Assembly (NCBI GenBank): GCA_951406725.2
Contig: OX597821.1
Location: 3,720,001-3,784,000 of the forward strand
Length of the DNA stretch: 64,000 nucleotides
Direction of reading: 5' to 3'
Origin: Octopus vulgaris
Lineage: Eukaryota
In this document: piece after piece, positions 12,791-27,228 of the stretch
How positions within the stretch are numbered: position 1 is the stretch's first letter
Layout of the letters: each line of letters opens with the position of its first letter
Program-made: the position numbers and the translations under genes
The notes under the pieces: generated by a model
Database searches by the model: none
Seen by the model: the letters and a program-made list of their open reading frames with translations, nothing else
Told to the model about the DNA's origin: nothing

Positions 12791-13604
12791 AGCATACATA
12801 CGCCTCTTTCATTTAAGAATGTAATACAATTTTTATTCATTTTCTGAGAAGTAAGGCGCGTTTTAATATAATTTGTAGAAACGTATAAAAATTCAACCAT
12901 GCCGAAAACAAAACAAAATTACAGAGGGAAATGGGAACAAAACATAAGTAAAACTGGCAAAACACTAGCAAAAATTATTGCCAAGGGAAATATATGTTAA
13001 AAAAATCCACACAATTTCGGGCAATATATTTCAATATATTGTAATCTTCTTTCTTGCCTGAATGAAATATCACGCGTATGTATTATCGTACACACACAGG
13101 AAAAACACACACAGGAAAAACACACACAAACACACACACGCAGTCACACATTCACACACATTCACATATATACACGAAAATATATGAATGTATATAAATG
13201 TATATGCATATATGCAGTATATATACACTTAGGCAATATATAAAACATATATACTTATGCACAGGTATGCATATATATATATATATATATATTATAAGTG
13301 CATATGTAAATATAAAAATATTTTATAATTATATAATTACGCGCGTGCATTTATATATACATACATGCATACATAGATATATACGCCCACACACCCACGT
13401 ACACTCACACACACAAGTGTACATATATATATACATACCTATATACATACATATTTGTACATTTTGTGTTTTATGAAGTCCTAATTTTCATCAATTCGCG
13501 TTTCAACTATTTATTGTTTTGTTTTCTTTCACACATTATGAATAGGAAAATTACATCATTTTAGCAGAAGCCATAAAAATAGTGCCTCAATAATAGTATT
13601 AATG

Positions 13605-13864
13605 GTGATGATGATGATGATGATGATGATGATGCTGATGATGAAGATGGAGATGATGAAGAAGATGATGATGAAGATGAAGAAGAAGAAGAAGAAGAAG
13701 AAGAAGAAAAAGAAGAAGATGATGATGATGATGATGAGGAAGAAGAAGATGAAAATGAATAAGTAGTAGATGATGTAGAAGATGATGAAGATGATGTATA
13801 AGAAAAAGATGAAGAAGATGATGGCGTTGATGATGATGATGAAGAAGAAGAAGAAGAAGAAGAA

Positions 13865-13896
<32 letters not shown>

Positions 13897-13960
13897 AGAT
13901 GAATAAGAAGATGAAGATGAAGAAGATGATGAAGAAGAAGTATATGCTAATGATGATGAT
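13605..13960. repeat. (GAT)n/(GAA)n compound microsatellite
   Basis: Read directly; the acidic reading frame contains stops. Confidence 0.95.
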
Positions 13961-14526
13961 GTGTATGTGCAAAATTCCTCATTCTCACAAAGAGGAAGAT
14001 ATAGGATACAATGATAATATAGTAACATCCTTAGTGAAAGACAAGAAAAATTGAACTGTTTTTTGTTAATTGTAATGTTCAGTGACATATTGTTTTCTTT
14101 TTGTTTTGTTTTTTGTTTGTTTGTTATTTTTGTTGCAGGAAAGTGTTGTAATTGTTCAAAGTTATTATATCTCATGGGTTTATCATACCGAAAATATAGG
14201 AATGCAAATTGAATATCATCATATTTGAAATGCTGTTGCATTATCTACATACCCTATCAGACGTTGGTGCGTACCTATGTAGATCTTACCCAGAGCGGGT
14301 TGATTCATCGGTCACATCTAAAAACGAGAAGGAAATTGTCAGATTCTATATAACTTTTGGTGATGGAGAGAGGAAAAGAACAGGAAGTAAGAATCAGGGA
14401 GAGAAGAATGAGCAAGCAAATGAGTATAAGTAGGAGGATGAGGGACAGCAGCCGGAAGAGAAGGGGGAGATATTCTTATAACACAGTAAAGATAGTGAAT
14501 CGACGGACTTGTTAGAAAATGCAACC

Positions 14527-14600
<74 letters not shown>

Positions 14601-14605
14601 TGTGC

Positions 14606-14855
14606 TGTGGAGGCGCGTGGTTTAATGGTTAGGGTGTCAGCATCATGATCGTAAGATTGTGGTTTCGATTCCTGGACCGGGCGACGCGTTGTGTTCTTGA
14701 GTGAAACACTTCATTTCACGTTGCTTTAGTTCATTCAACTGGCAAAAATGAGTAACGCTGCGATGGACTGGCATCCCGTCCAGCTGGGGAACACATGCGC
14801 CATAGAAACCGGAAAAACGGGCCCATGAACATGGCTAGGCTATAAAAGGGCACAT
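14606..14855 (+). mobile_element. SINE family D, full-length-like
   Basis: A box tggtttaatgg, B box ggtttcgattcc, body gcgatggactggcatcccgtccag, (TTA) tail. Confidence 0.85.
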
Positions 14856-15599
14856 TTATTATTATTATTTTATGTACGTGTGTGTGTGGAGGGGGAGGTG
14901 ATAGATAATCAGATTTACAGATAGATAGAGGTAGTTATGGATCACGATATGTGTGTGTCTGTATATTTGAAGGGCAATGGGTGAAGAACCCCTTCGATCC
15001 GGGATGATAATAGTTGATGTATTTCCTGTACTGTAAATTTTCCCCGTGACGACCTTGTTCACCTTCACAGCTTCGCAAGAAATGACGTAACTGTAAGGGA
15101 CCGGATCAAAACAACGATAAGAAAAACAACATCAATAATCAACAACATCCACCGTCAGTAATTTACTTCAGTCAAGAAAAATCTAGTGAAGATTCATAAT
15201 AAGTCAAGACTTTTAATTTCCAGTGTAACGAAAACGCAAATTATGTGTAGCAATTTCAAATGTTCATTCCTTTTCTTATATTCTTACTTCACTGCGTTGT
15301 TTTTAGCATTTTGGGAGAAAGTGAGAGAAATTAAGCTGTGATATTTGTAAATGTGTCATGAATTTTGCGAATTCAAAGGACCACGCAGTTGAATTTGAAT
15401 TTTTTGTATGTGAATTGTGTGAAAATGGCGATGAAGCATCTTCTCGCTTAAATCATGGAGTCGCTTTTTTTACAGGCTGTACTTGATTTGAGCGTAATTA
15501 AAATATAATGAGGTGGAGCAGATGAAAACCCAGCAGAAATTCTAAAGACAATAAAATTGAAGAAACGACAAAGAAGACGAGGTAGAAGATCGGTGAAAG

Positions 15600-15704
15600 T
15601 GAGGAGGAGGAGGAGGAGGAGAATACTTATTATTATTATTATTATGATTATTATTATTATTATTATTAGTAGTAGTAGTAGTAGTAGTATTAGTAGCAGT
15701 AGTG

Positions 15705-15780
<76 letters not shown>

Positions 15781-15930
15781 CTGATGCAATAGCCGCAATG
15801 GTTATTGTATAAGAAGAGAAAGAAGATAATGAAGAACAAGAGAAAAACAAGAATATGATGATGATGATGATGATGATGATGAAGACAACGACGAGGACGG
15901 CGATAGTGATGATGATGATGATGACGATGA

Positions 15931-15961
<31 letters not shown>

Positions 15962-16030
15962 GGTGATGATGATGATGACGATGATGATGAAGAAGAAGAA
16001 CGACAAAAACAAAAACAGCAACTACAACAA
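15600..16030. repeat. Compound microsatellite (GAG/TTA/TAG/CAG/GAT)n
   Basis: Read directly from the sequence. Confidence 0.95.
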
Positions 16031-16539
16031 CGGGAACACGAACAAGAATAACAAGGACGAGAAGATGTTTGTTTCACAAAATACCAGACCATGTCACCGC
16101 CACTGGTTTCAATTACTCAGATAAATTACGCTGACGTCTTGAAACAAAACCGGACACACTAATATGCATAAATAATGGAGGATAAGCTGGGGAAAATGTC
16201 TATAGGGGAAACATAATTGCTTTTTTTTCTAATATAAGCAATGAGTTAATTAAACTATTACAGCGACCTCTATCTATTCATTAACCTAGGCTGACCAAAC
16301 GCTACACAATTTACATTTTTATTGCTTTTAGTTCTTGTTATGTTTGGCTTTGACATTATATTTAAATATTGTAATGAAACGAAGAACCGTAATGTAATAT
16401 TCTCCGGCAAAACGCAAAGTTTAATAATTTGCATGATCTTTAATTGTCTCCCCTGAGTGCATTGTTTGATCATACATTAATAGATTAGTATGCATATCTA
16501 TATATCCGTTGGTTGAAATATGTATGTATTCACATATAC

Positions 16540-16625
<86 letters not shown>

Positions 16626-16682
16626 GCAAACACACATACACATATAAGTAAATATATATAAATATGCATATGTATATGTATG

Positions 16683-16729
<47 letters not shown>

Positions 16730-16732
<3 letters not shown>

Positions 16733-17025
16733 GGAACGTGCTGTGTGTGGTATTGCTGAACAAAGCATTTTCTTTCAGACTGCTCCAGTATGGTGACCTG
16801 TAGAAATGTGTTGTGACGTCACTGGTGCCAAATTGTATCGCCCTTTCCCTTTCCCTTGGATATCATAGGTGGTATGCACAGGGTAGGCTGGTAAGTTGAT
16901 ATGCATGGGTGATTGCTGGTTTTCAATATACAACCTTGCCCGGACTTGTGTCTCCGAGAGACTTTTTCTAGGAGCAATCCCATACTCATCTCTGATCGGA
17001 AGGGTTCTTCACCCTTTACCCTTTG
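16730..17025 (+). mobile_element. SINE body and tail remnant
   Basis: A family-D-like segment (ttgctgaacaaagcattttctttcagactgctccagt) is followed by a tail ending gatcggaagggttcttcaccctttaccct. A similar tail lies in reverse at ~14968-15010. Confidence 0.5.
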
Positions 17026-17102
17026 TACACACAGACACACACATATCGTTAACTAAAACTATATCTATCTGTAAATCTAATTATCTATCAACACACACAC
17101 GT

Positions 17103-17156
<54 letters not shown>

Positions 17157-17274
17157 TATTAAATTAGAGATAAGTTTGGATGTATTCCCTAATATTTTAT
17201 TATATATATATATATATACGTATACACACACACACATATACATACATACATACATACATACATACATACATACA

Positions 17275-17310
<36 letters not shown>

Positions 17311-17666
17311 TATATATATTGAAGGTTTGCGCCGAATTAAATTTTTCGCCTCTCTGAATTCAACCGTTGCTGACATTCAGTTATGCTTGCGTTATCCAGT
17401 GATATTGATTTCAGAAACTCTAAGAGTTTTGACCGTATTTCACTGTGATATTTGTTATATGAATTTTGTTTCTGAGGATAACCTCTTCAGTAACACATGA
17501 TGCCAACATAATTCAGCTCAGAATGGTGTCTTTTACTTTTGAGAAACAATCTTGGAAAGACGAAATAAACTGAAAGTTTTGGGAAAAGAATTTCCGAACT
17601 GCAAATTATATATATAATTAGACATACAAACGCACACACAAACACACACACATAGAGGCACACACA

Positions 17667-18249
17667 TCTATATATATAAAACTCAACTTGTGTGTCTTTG
17701 TGTGTATCTGTGTGTGTGTGTCTGTGTGTTTAACTTCCCTGCAAATCTCCGCCAAGCCAACAAATCGTAGAACCACCAAAATGGGTCACTTAAGGTTTAG
17801 GCGAATGAAAATTGAACTGCGCTATTTCTGTTCCGAAATTCATCTCGCATGTGCAAAAATCGAGAATGTGTTTGTTTAGGCTTTATCCCATGCATTGAAT
17901 AGTGAACTTTACTCAGTCAGTTGTTTGACGTGACCTGAGTTCACCACGCGTGCATGAAAAATAAAAAATCAAGATATAAAAACGAATCGCCGTAAACATT
18001 GTAGACATTCGGCAAAGAAATGAATTTTCGGGATGTAGCCTAGAGGATTTTTTCGTATTAATCGTTTGGACATTGTGAACACATACCAATTGTTTTCATA
18101 ACATTTTTAACGCTTTGAATTAAATGTGACCATTTCGCGTTGAGTCTGCAGTTTGAATCACTGCCGAATTTTTGATCATCACGATACATCACCAGCGACT
18201 CCCTGAAACTCTCCCCTGAAATCCTTGTTGAGCCGGGCAAAACTGCTAG
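17667..18249 (+). mobile_element. Non-autonomous Helitron
   Basis: A|TCtatatatataaaa start, (TG)n after the 5' end, and a 3' gagccgggcaaaactgCTAG|T end. Inserted between A and T with no TSD. Confidence 0.7.
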
Positions 18250-18853
18250 TATACATATATATTGATAATACAGAGAATAACGACTTTATGTTTATTTCCA
18301 GTTCGTTTATGCAATGTACATAAGCAATTCAGCTTAAATACAACGAACAACCTTCAGTGAGACTCCTTTAAGCAGATCTTAAACAAGATCTTTTAAGCAT
18401 TGGGGCTCGAGGCAGGCAATGGGTTAATATCACCATTTATTCAGCGGTTCTCAATGAAAGTAACTATCCAGAAAGCACATATTCTACCTTACCCAGTTCT
18501 CCGATTTCTCCATTATCTATAAGCACACACTTGTGAAATATTAGTACAGTAATTCATACACTTTCTATTTTTGGTTTATAAGCACACGCCGATATCTATC
18601 TCTCGACAAACGCACACACACACACATACGTACACATATACATACAGGCACACGCACGCAAATATATATACACGCATGCGTATATACATATATATAGATT
18701 GCAAGACAGACAGATAGACAGACAGACAGATAGGTATAGAGATAGATAGATAGATAGATGGAGACAAAATGAGAGAGAGCGTATTAAACGAAGAGGGAGA
18801 TTGATTTTTAGACCTCAATCATGATCGCCATAGGCATTATATGTGTGTGTGTA

Positions 18854-18898
<45 letters not shown>

Positions 18899-19334
18899 CC
18901 CATAATGAGAAAGCTGTCGTGATTCTGATACACAATTAAAAACTCCGGGAGAAAATAATGTTAATGCTGTGTTCTTTTGATTCATTCTGTTCCTATTAGC
19001 TTTCAGTTATAATTCTCATTAGTTGAAAGGACCTTACAGGATTATAGAAACACGAAATTAGTTTGAACATTTTAAAGGAAAAGATCAAACTAATGCAAAT
19101 CTACAAAAGGAAAACTGGAATTCCCAGAGACTTGCACACATTGTTGTCAATGAGCATGTATTGTATTTGCGATGTTGAAAGGATTAAATCGAAAAAATCC
19201 CCCAGAACCCTACTCTTCGTTTCATTTTCGCGATAATGCTCTGGATTTCAGATCAAGACGCTTGCTAATTATTATTGCACAGTGGTGAGGGAGAACAAGA
19301 ACACAGAGTTATAGATATGTGTGAGTGTGTGTGT

Positions 19335-19460
19335 GTGGTTGTGTGGTAAGAAGCTTTCTTCCCAACCACATGGTTCTGTGTCTAGTACCAATACGTGGTA
19401 CCTTGGCCGACCAAATCTTTGTGATTGGATCTGTAAGACGGAATATGAAAAAAGCCCGTC
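19335..19460 (+). mobile_element. Degenerate SINE family B head
   Basis: gtggttgtgtggtaagaagctt..ccaaccacatggttc..gccgaccaaatctttgtga. Confidence 0.65.
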
Positions 19461-19612
19461 TTTACACAGCATGCTACGTATGTTACTATACACAAACTTT
19501 TATAATATTTTTCTAATATAACGACTTACATATATTCTTTAACCTTATAAAACAAGCCTTCTGTAGTTTTTTCACTGTTTTTACTATTTTTTATATATAT
19601 ATTTATATATAT

Positions 19613-19715
<103 letters not shown>

Positions 19716-19716
19716 T

Positions 19717-19881
19717 GGCGCAGGAGTGGCTATGTGGTAAATAGCTTGCTTATAAACCACATGGTTCCAGGTTCATTCCCACTGCGTGGCAACTTGGGCA
19801 AGTGTCTTCTACTATAGCCTCTGGACGACCAATGCCTTGTGAGTGGATTTGCTAGACAGAAACTGAAAGAAACCCGTCGTA

Positions 19882-19961
<80 letters not shown>

Positions 19962-20050
19962 TCTGTTTTCTCCCACACACCCAACATAGCTTGGCGACTG
20001 ATGGTGGTGTATTTACGTCCCCGTAACATAGCTGTTCGGCAGAAGAGTCC
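19717..20050 (+). mobile_element. SINE family B with internal (TA)n(TG)n
   Basis: Clear head with B box ggttcattccc, conserved core, and 3' truncation. Confidence 0.85.
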
Positions 20051-20409
20051 GATATATATATGTGTGTGTATGTATATATATGTATATATAAGTTAAACAG
20101 AGTTAGCGTATGGAATAACCGTCTAAGAGATAAGAAAATCCATTTTTAATACCGATATCAATTACTTATGTTAACCCTGGGCATGCTCATAGAGTACAGA
20201 TAATAACAGAATAAGCTAAATTTATCGAGGAGTCAAATTCAAAACAAGCAGAAAATGGAGAAAACTTTTGATCAAGAAAAAACAAATTGCGCAACATCGG
20301 TTAATTATTTTATATTTAAATATAATTAATCGATGTTAGTGAATACATTTGATTGATTATCAATACTTTTTCTCCAGTTACTGCTTATTTAAAATTATAT
20401 ATATATATA

Positions 20410-21103
20410 TATCAGTTCAGCAAAAATTAAGATTCAGATAAATATGGTACTTAAGTTAAAGGCACCAGAATTTGGTATGGAATTATCCATATAAATGAAA
20501 TGGGGGTGATTATAATCAAAATAAGCAACAAGGATATCCAAAGATAGTGTTGTACAATCGTTTCATGCTACTTCATTTAATTAAACAATGTAAGTATTAC
20601 ATCAGTTTTAAAATGTAAAGCACTCTTCAGCTACATATGCAATTTTTTAAAATTACATTGACAATGGTTAAGGCATTCTTCCTACCCCACTAGCATCAGC
20701 CCACTAACTTTAGCTAAAATACATTCAAACATACCAGAGTTAAATTCTTCATAAAAAGGTTAGATTTATGGCTCTGCCATTTAAACTTACTCTATCTATA
20801 AATAAATAAATTCTTGTTTGTCTCCACTGAACTTTATAGAAAACCCCCTCCTCAATGGTAAATCTAAATTTCAATGTAAACTCAGTGATAAGAAATCTAC
20901 CCATGAGTAAAGCTCTTCTATTATCATGTTTCTACTGATGAAATTCACCTCTCCATCTATATACCTACCCTCTTTTTAATGTGGCTGAAGAGTGCTCTAC
21001 ATTTTAAAACTGATGTAATACTTACATTGTTTAATTAAATGAAGTAGCATGAAACGATTGTACTACACTACCTTTGGATATACTTGTTGCTTATTTTGAT
21101 TAT
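20410..21103. mobile_element. Penelope-like fold-back element with inverted hammerhead-bearing repeats
   Basis: ~125-bp inverted repeats at 20510-20636 and 20978-21103, each containing CTGAAGA..GAAAC-GATT-GTA. Flanked by (TA)n/(CA)n. Confidence 0.65.
20980..21067 (+). ncRNA. Type I hammerhead ribozyme-like motif (minimal stem III)
   Basis: tgtgg-CTGAAGA-gtgctctac..gtagcat-GAAA-c-gatt-GTA-ctaca. Stem I is tgtgg/ctaca, stem II is gtgct/agcat, and the cleavage triplet is GUA. Confidence 0.55.
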
Positions 21104-21178
<75 letters not shown>

Positions 21179-21269
21179 TTGTATGTTAGATACCGGCTCT
21201 TCCTCTATTGTCATAAAATCTTGAAATATAACTGAATAATGTCATACAATTCTTCCGGCTATTTGTTCC

Positions 21270-21412
21270 AAGCTGAAATGCTCCCAAGGTCGAATTTGCC
21301 TTGGATCCTTTTCGGTTCGGTTAAAATAAATACCAGTTGTACAGGGGTTGATGTAACCGATTTACTCCTCTAAGAATGTGCCGGCCCTGTGTCAAAATTT
21401 GAAACCAATATT
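21270..21412 (+). mobile_element. Degenerate SINE family C body
   Basis: caaggtcgaatttgccttggatccttttcgg..aaataccagttgtac. Confidence 0.5.
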
Positions 21413-23174
21413 ATTTGCAAATACATATGATTTTTGTGGATTTTAAGAACAAAGTAACTGTATGCTCAAACAATCATCGAATCATCGGTATTGAAAATGG
21501 TCGGAATGGTTTCTCTATGGTAATATGCTTTTCTAATGCAAATATTCAGGAATTAACATTCAGCAATTATAAACACCTGGAGCGAAATGATCAAGTGACC
21601 GTTACCGAATCAATAAATACCTGCTTATGTATTTCTCTCATGTCATCTGATGATATATTTATATATTTTCACCATTCATATGACTTCGTAATCCATGCGC
21701 TCTTAGTTTTGTTGCATAGTTTCCTCCGTTTCTATAATCATAAACATCACTTTAGATTTAGAACGTGCTGTCAACATAAGCGTTTCATCTGGACACGTGA
21801 CATTGCGTTCTATATGGCAGTGTTGTCCATCCAACCTGAATTAATATGGAAAAGCCTAAAACTAATTGCCTGGATATTTTTCCTTGCATATAAATTTCAG
21901 TCAGACTTTCCTATGGATTTGATTTCATATCTTTTGGCATCAATTTGTCTTCACACTTAAACAAAAAGCACACAGAGATGCCAGCATTTACACATTCATA
22001 TACATACACGTGCACATATACACATACACACAGAGAAACATTCGATCATATAATGACATGGAGACTGGTGAAATGTTAACTCTTTTTCCCCAAATGACAC
22101 TCATATGCATATATATTATTTATTTGATGGAAACAAGCATTAAGTGCACAATATGCAATTTTCTTTCTAAAGTATTGACAGCTATTAACCGTCTACTGAA
22201 TTTATCCATTTATCAATCTGTCTACCTCTAAAATATTACATACTTAAACGCCGAAGAGTTACAAACGGGAGAAAGAGTACTAAATGCTGCTGGCAGAGTT
22301 TATATATTTAATGCTGATGAGTCGCTCCATCACTGCCATTTCAGTCGCCAAAGGGTGTTTGTATTTAGCATGAAACATCTGAGCTGAGACCTAGACGTAA
22401 CCAGCTACGAACGAAGAAATATATATATATATATGTATATACACATATATAAACATATCGGTTCGTTCCACTTCTTGTCTCCATTTAATTTTTATATAAA
22501 TATTTATGACGCGAAATTCTCTCCCTTTGCTTTACCCTCTGCACTCTCTCTCCCTCTCCCTCTTCCTCTTTTCTCTCTCTTAGCCGCGTGTCCCCCTCCT
22601 CCTTCCTTCTTTCTCACTGCCAGCCTAAAAATTTTCTTTCTTTTGCACGCTGCCTCTGCTACTGAAAAGTCATGCTTTCCACACGCTGCCACACAACATC
22701 TTTCGTCTAGCCAATACAAGGCCTTTTCGTTTTTTTTTTTTTTTCTCATTTGTTCTCTTGTTTGCTTGATTTCCCGTATTGTATTTTCTTTTTATTTCTC
22801 GTCTTGTATTTTTTGTGTACATGTATTTTTATCTTGTATTTTATTGTGCAGTGTTATTGTTACATTGTTTTACCCCGCTGCTTGGAATTTTATTTTAATT
22901 CTCTCGCAGGAAGGCCTGGTTGACGATGTGTCATGTCTTGCCTTCGAAACACGCATGAGTTAACTAGCGACAGCTGATGACGGTGGATTTTTCCTTGTGT
23001 AGCATGTCCTGTACTTGTTTTCTTGTTGTAAAAAATGTTTGTTTTTCCCGTTTCTACGTCTTGTTGTGGTGTCCTGTACTTACGTATATTTATTTATATA
23101 TGCATGTATATATACATGTAGATGTAGGTACGTACATATATGTTTGTATGTATGCATATATGTTTATTTATTAC

Positions 23175-23204
<30 letters not shown>

Positions 23205-23207
<3 letters not shown>

Positions 23208-23890
23208 TACATATGTGGGAAATTCTGTCTTTGGGTGTGTTTATGGAGTCTTTAGCTAACTCCTCTGACATTGTTGTATCGATTTTGATGAAACTTGACA
23301 CGTGAGTAGAACTCATGACTGGAACTGGAAAACTCACTGCATTCTCAGATTGTTGAAAAATTGATAATACGGCCCCTGGAAGGGATCCTTGTATATATCT
23401 GGTCTATTTCGTTTTAACAGCCAAGAGAAATAATGCAATCATTTTCCTAAATTATTTGGTATAAATCAAATTGAGTATGCTTATTTCTTAGTATTTGAAC
23501 TACTTTCCTAGTTTATACAGTACACCACTGAAACATAAACAATAGATCTACTTATTTTGATTAGTGACATATTCTCGAATATACCAACAAAAAAAATCTT
23601 TCCAGAGTCATTTACTTTGAATTGTTATAATCTCATACCTGATTACTCTGTTATTACTTAACATGCTTCACAATTTTAGTGTACATACCTCATTAGTATT
23701 TCCTCCTAAGTTTTATATACTCTGGGAACGCATTAAAGACCTTAACGAGGCTACTTTATTTGAATTATTACTATCAGGTAACTAATTTCATGTTATTACT
23801 TAACTGACTTCACAAGTTGGGTATTCATAACTTATTAGGAATTCCTAAAGACAAGATTCTCTCTAAGACAGTTGGGTATTATTTGTAAAT
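23205..23890 (+). mobile_element. Possible decayed Helitron/Helentron-type element
   Basis: Contains atcgattttgatgaaacttgacac and a duplicated agttgggtatt near the 3' end. No clean CTAG terminus. Confidence 0.3.
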
Positions 23891-24029
23891 ATACAAAAAC
23901 CGTTTTAAGGGCTACAAAGGGCTTTGTATTGTTATTGGATTAGCGAAACAATTATGAGAACCGAACTAAGGAATAAGACCCGCTCTCCAGGAAATTAAGG
24001 TTATGTCAACTGGTATATATATGAATAGC

Positions 24030-24272
<243 letters not shown>

Positions 24273-24818
24273 GTTTTTTAGTCTCGTTTTTAGTCTATCA
24301 ACCTTTGATAGGGTATTAACTTATTACATTGCATTACTGACTAAAATATAAACATCTGATCATGATATGCTGATATAAACACTTCCGAAAATATATCAAC
24401 CATGAATTATATGATTACGTTTCAAATTTAGCAATTCATATGACTATATGTCACCTCTAGCACGGTAAGATAGTTCAATGAAACAAATCCGAGCGATCAG
24501 TCAGTTAGGTTATTTAAGGTGTTGAATAGAATTCCTGACCCGTCTGGTTTGACACTCTTCGCTCTAAGTTCAGCACCTGCTGAGATAAACTTTACCATTC
24601 ATACTTTCGACATTTTAAAATGCGAGGGAAAGCAATCGCCTCAGAATCTGTAGAAGTAGCATTTATCAAAACCGAAAAGATGGAAGACGTTGGCAGAGAG
24701 TGAACTCAGAAAACTAATCCACAGATAAGATATTGCGAGCCAGTATAGCTGACGATTAAATGATCTTGCCAACCTCGCCTCGAGACTTCTAGGAGATACT
24801 ATGTAATTAATATATATT

Positions 24819-25120
24819 GGTGCAGGCGTGGCTGTGTGGAAACACATTTGCTTCACAACCACATGGTTCGGGGGTCAGTCCCATTGCGTAGGCAAGTGAC
24901 TCCTGCTAGTCTCAGGCTGACTAAAGCCTTGTGAGCGTATTTGTTAGACGGAAATTAAAAGCCCCTTGCATATATATATTCGTGTGCGTATATGTCTTTT
25001 GTTTCTGTTTGTTTCATGTCACCCCTTGACAACTAGTGTTGTGTACTTATATCCCCATAACTTAACTGTACGGTGAAAGGAACCGCTAGAGTAAGTACTG
25101 CGCCTTAAAATAATAAGTAC
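24819..25120 (+). mobile_element. SINE family B (diverged)
   Basis: ggtgcaggcgtggctgtgtgg..aaccacatggttcgggggtcagtccca..aaagccttgtgag. Confidence 0.75.
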
Positions 25121-25189
<69 letters not shown>

Positions 25190-25479
25190 CATACACGCTT
25201 CTTTGAGCGAACGAATACACAGGATACACATAATACACAATATGAGAGAAAGAAAGGCAAGCAATATTCGTTCGTTTCTATAAATGCAATTCCTATTTTT
25301 CAATATAACTGATTTAAGCTAATTATTAACGCAATATGGTCATAAGGACATGGCTCAACTGATTAAAAACAGGTACGGATCTGCAATCTGAAATACATTG
25401 CTCAGTCTTGGATATGGCTTTTAATTGTCAAAAAAGAAAATTAAATCCAATAATCGTAAGTTGTATTTGCAGTTGTCCT

Positions 25480-25760
25480 TCATTACTTGCGAATGAAAAC
25501 ATATTGTTCGGGAGAACACTAATCATTTGCTTCAGTTGTACGGAAATTTACGTGAATGATGGCAGAGTTCTGGAAGATGCTGTCGATTAATATTCCAGTT
25601 CGTATTTAGAAAATGTCTGTATAAGCATATGAATATCCCAGAGAAACGTTTAAGGAGATCCAGACGTCAGCAGGTCGTGATACTACAGGTCAAAGCTTGG
25701 CGACAAAATATTTATTGAAATACATCATTCACTTCGGATTCCGCAGGGACAGTATTTATC
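25480..25760 (+). pseudogene. Possible ancient RTE-type LINE remnant
   Basis: One frame reads VRENTNHLLQLYGNLRE*..RCCRLIF, weakly like the RTE 'TN.ELYG.LP..RRRL.FAGH' region. Confidence 0.3.
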
Positions 25761-25844
25761 AGCATCTAACCAACCTCTGTCGGGGGCTTAATGTGGTAAA
25801 CTAAATGGTCAGAAAAGATATTGTGAGACGGTAGTGTATGTTCC

Positions 25845-26466
25845 TTTTTACTCTAGCCACCAGACCCGAAATATCTGGGGAGCGGGGCAGTCGATTAGGT
25901 CGATCCCAGTACAAAACTGATACTTAATTTATTAACTCCGGTAGGATGAAAGGCTAAGTCGACCTCGGCGGAATTCGAACACAGAATGTAAAGACACAGA
26001 ACGTAAAGAGGAAATACTGCTAAACGTTTCGTCCAGCGAGCTAACGTTTCTTCTTTCTTTATTGTCCACAAGGGACAAAACATAGACGAGACAAACAAGG
26101 ACAGACAAAGGGGTTAAGTCGATTACATCGACCCCAGTGCGTAACTGGTACTTAATTTATCGACCCCAAAAAGATGAAATGCAAAATCAACCTCGGCGGA
26201 ATTTGAACTCAGAACGTAACAGCACACGAAATACTTATTTCTTTACTACCCACAAAGGGCCAAACACAGCGAGGACAAACAAGAACAGTAAACGGGGCAA
26301 ATCGATTATAGACCCCAGTGCGTAACTGGTACTTAATTTATTGACCCCGAAAGGATGAAAGGCAAAGTCGATCTCGGCGGAATTTGAACTCAGAACGTAA
26401 CGGCAGACAAATTACGGCTACGCATTTCGCCCGACGTGCTAACGTTTCTGCCAGCTCGCCGCCTTA
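25845..26466 (-). mobile_element. Head-to-tail cluster of three SINE family C copies
   Basis: cctcggcggaatt(t/c)gaac.cagaa is repeated at ~25962, ~26191 and ~26372. One intact head at 26466. Confidence 0.85.
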
Positions 26467-27136
26467 AGACGTTAGTATACGCGACGATTTAACGACCTTG
26501 GCATGTTGTCCCCATATTGTATGCAATTTTTTTTTATCACGTGCAGTCAGCATGTCACATCTAATCATTTCCTGTTTGCCCTCGAGATACAATCCTACTA
26601 CTCACACATTTCCTATTTCTAGGACATTCTATGCAGTTTCATGCAGATTTGCAATGACTTCTATTTATTTTAACTGTTTATTATTTTTTATGCCTTTACT
26701 TATTCATTTATTTATTTATTTTTAATGACAAGTATTATTTCATTTCTTATATTTTTTTTTGTTTTTTCTGAAATGTCAAAAACGAAAAACATTCGAAAAC
26801 ACTACCTGCTGGCCTCATTTAAAGGTTTACGTTAGTATATCTTTAAACATCAAAGGTGAATTCCGCATACCAGTGTGTACTTAGTGTGTACTAAGGATTG
26901 CCTTCTTTCTCGCAGGGAAATATCAAAGATTGATACATGCACATAATTATAGACAACATATTCTGTTTATGTATCCACTTCTTGAGAGAAACCCATTAAA
27001 AGCTGATTCATTTAACAATGTGTCCCATAAGTAATTCCCTTCGGCTTCAGCCTCACTCTTATCATTTTCGATGATCTAACTTCAATACACGTTTATTGAT
27101 CACGCTATCGATCGTAGCAACACATTTTACTGCATT

Positions 27137-27190
27137 CATCATTGTCGACATCGTCATCGCCAAAATCATCATCACCGTCATCATCATCAA

Positions 27191-27228
<38 letters not shown>

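Noticed and set aside
13556-14241. Long poly-S/K/F/acidic ORFs
   Set aside because: They are translations of (GAT)n/(GAA)n microsatellite, and the acidic frame has stops.
21415-21960. 181-aa ORF with a TTG start
   Set aside because: No recognisable domain, it starts at the edge of a SINE relic, and its composition is like random AT-rich DNA.
22433-22963. 176-aa ORF
   Set aside because: Low-complexity pyrimidine-rich sequence with no coding signal.
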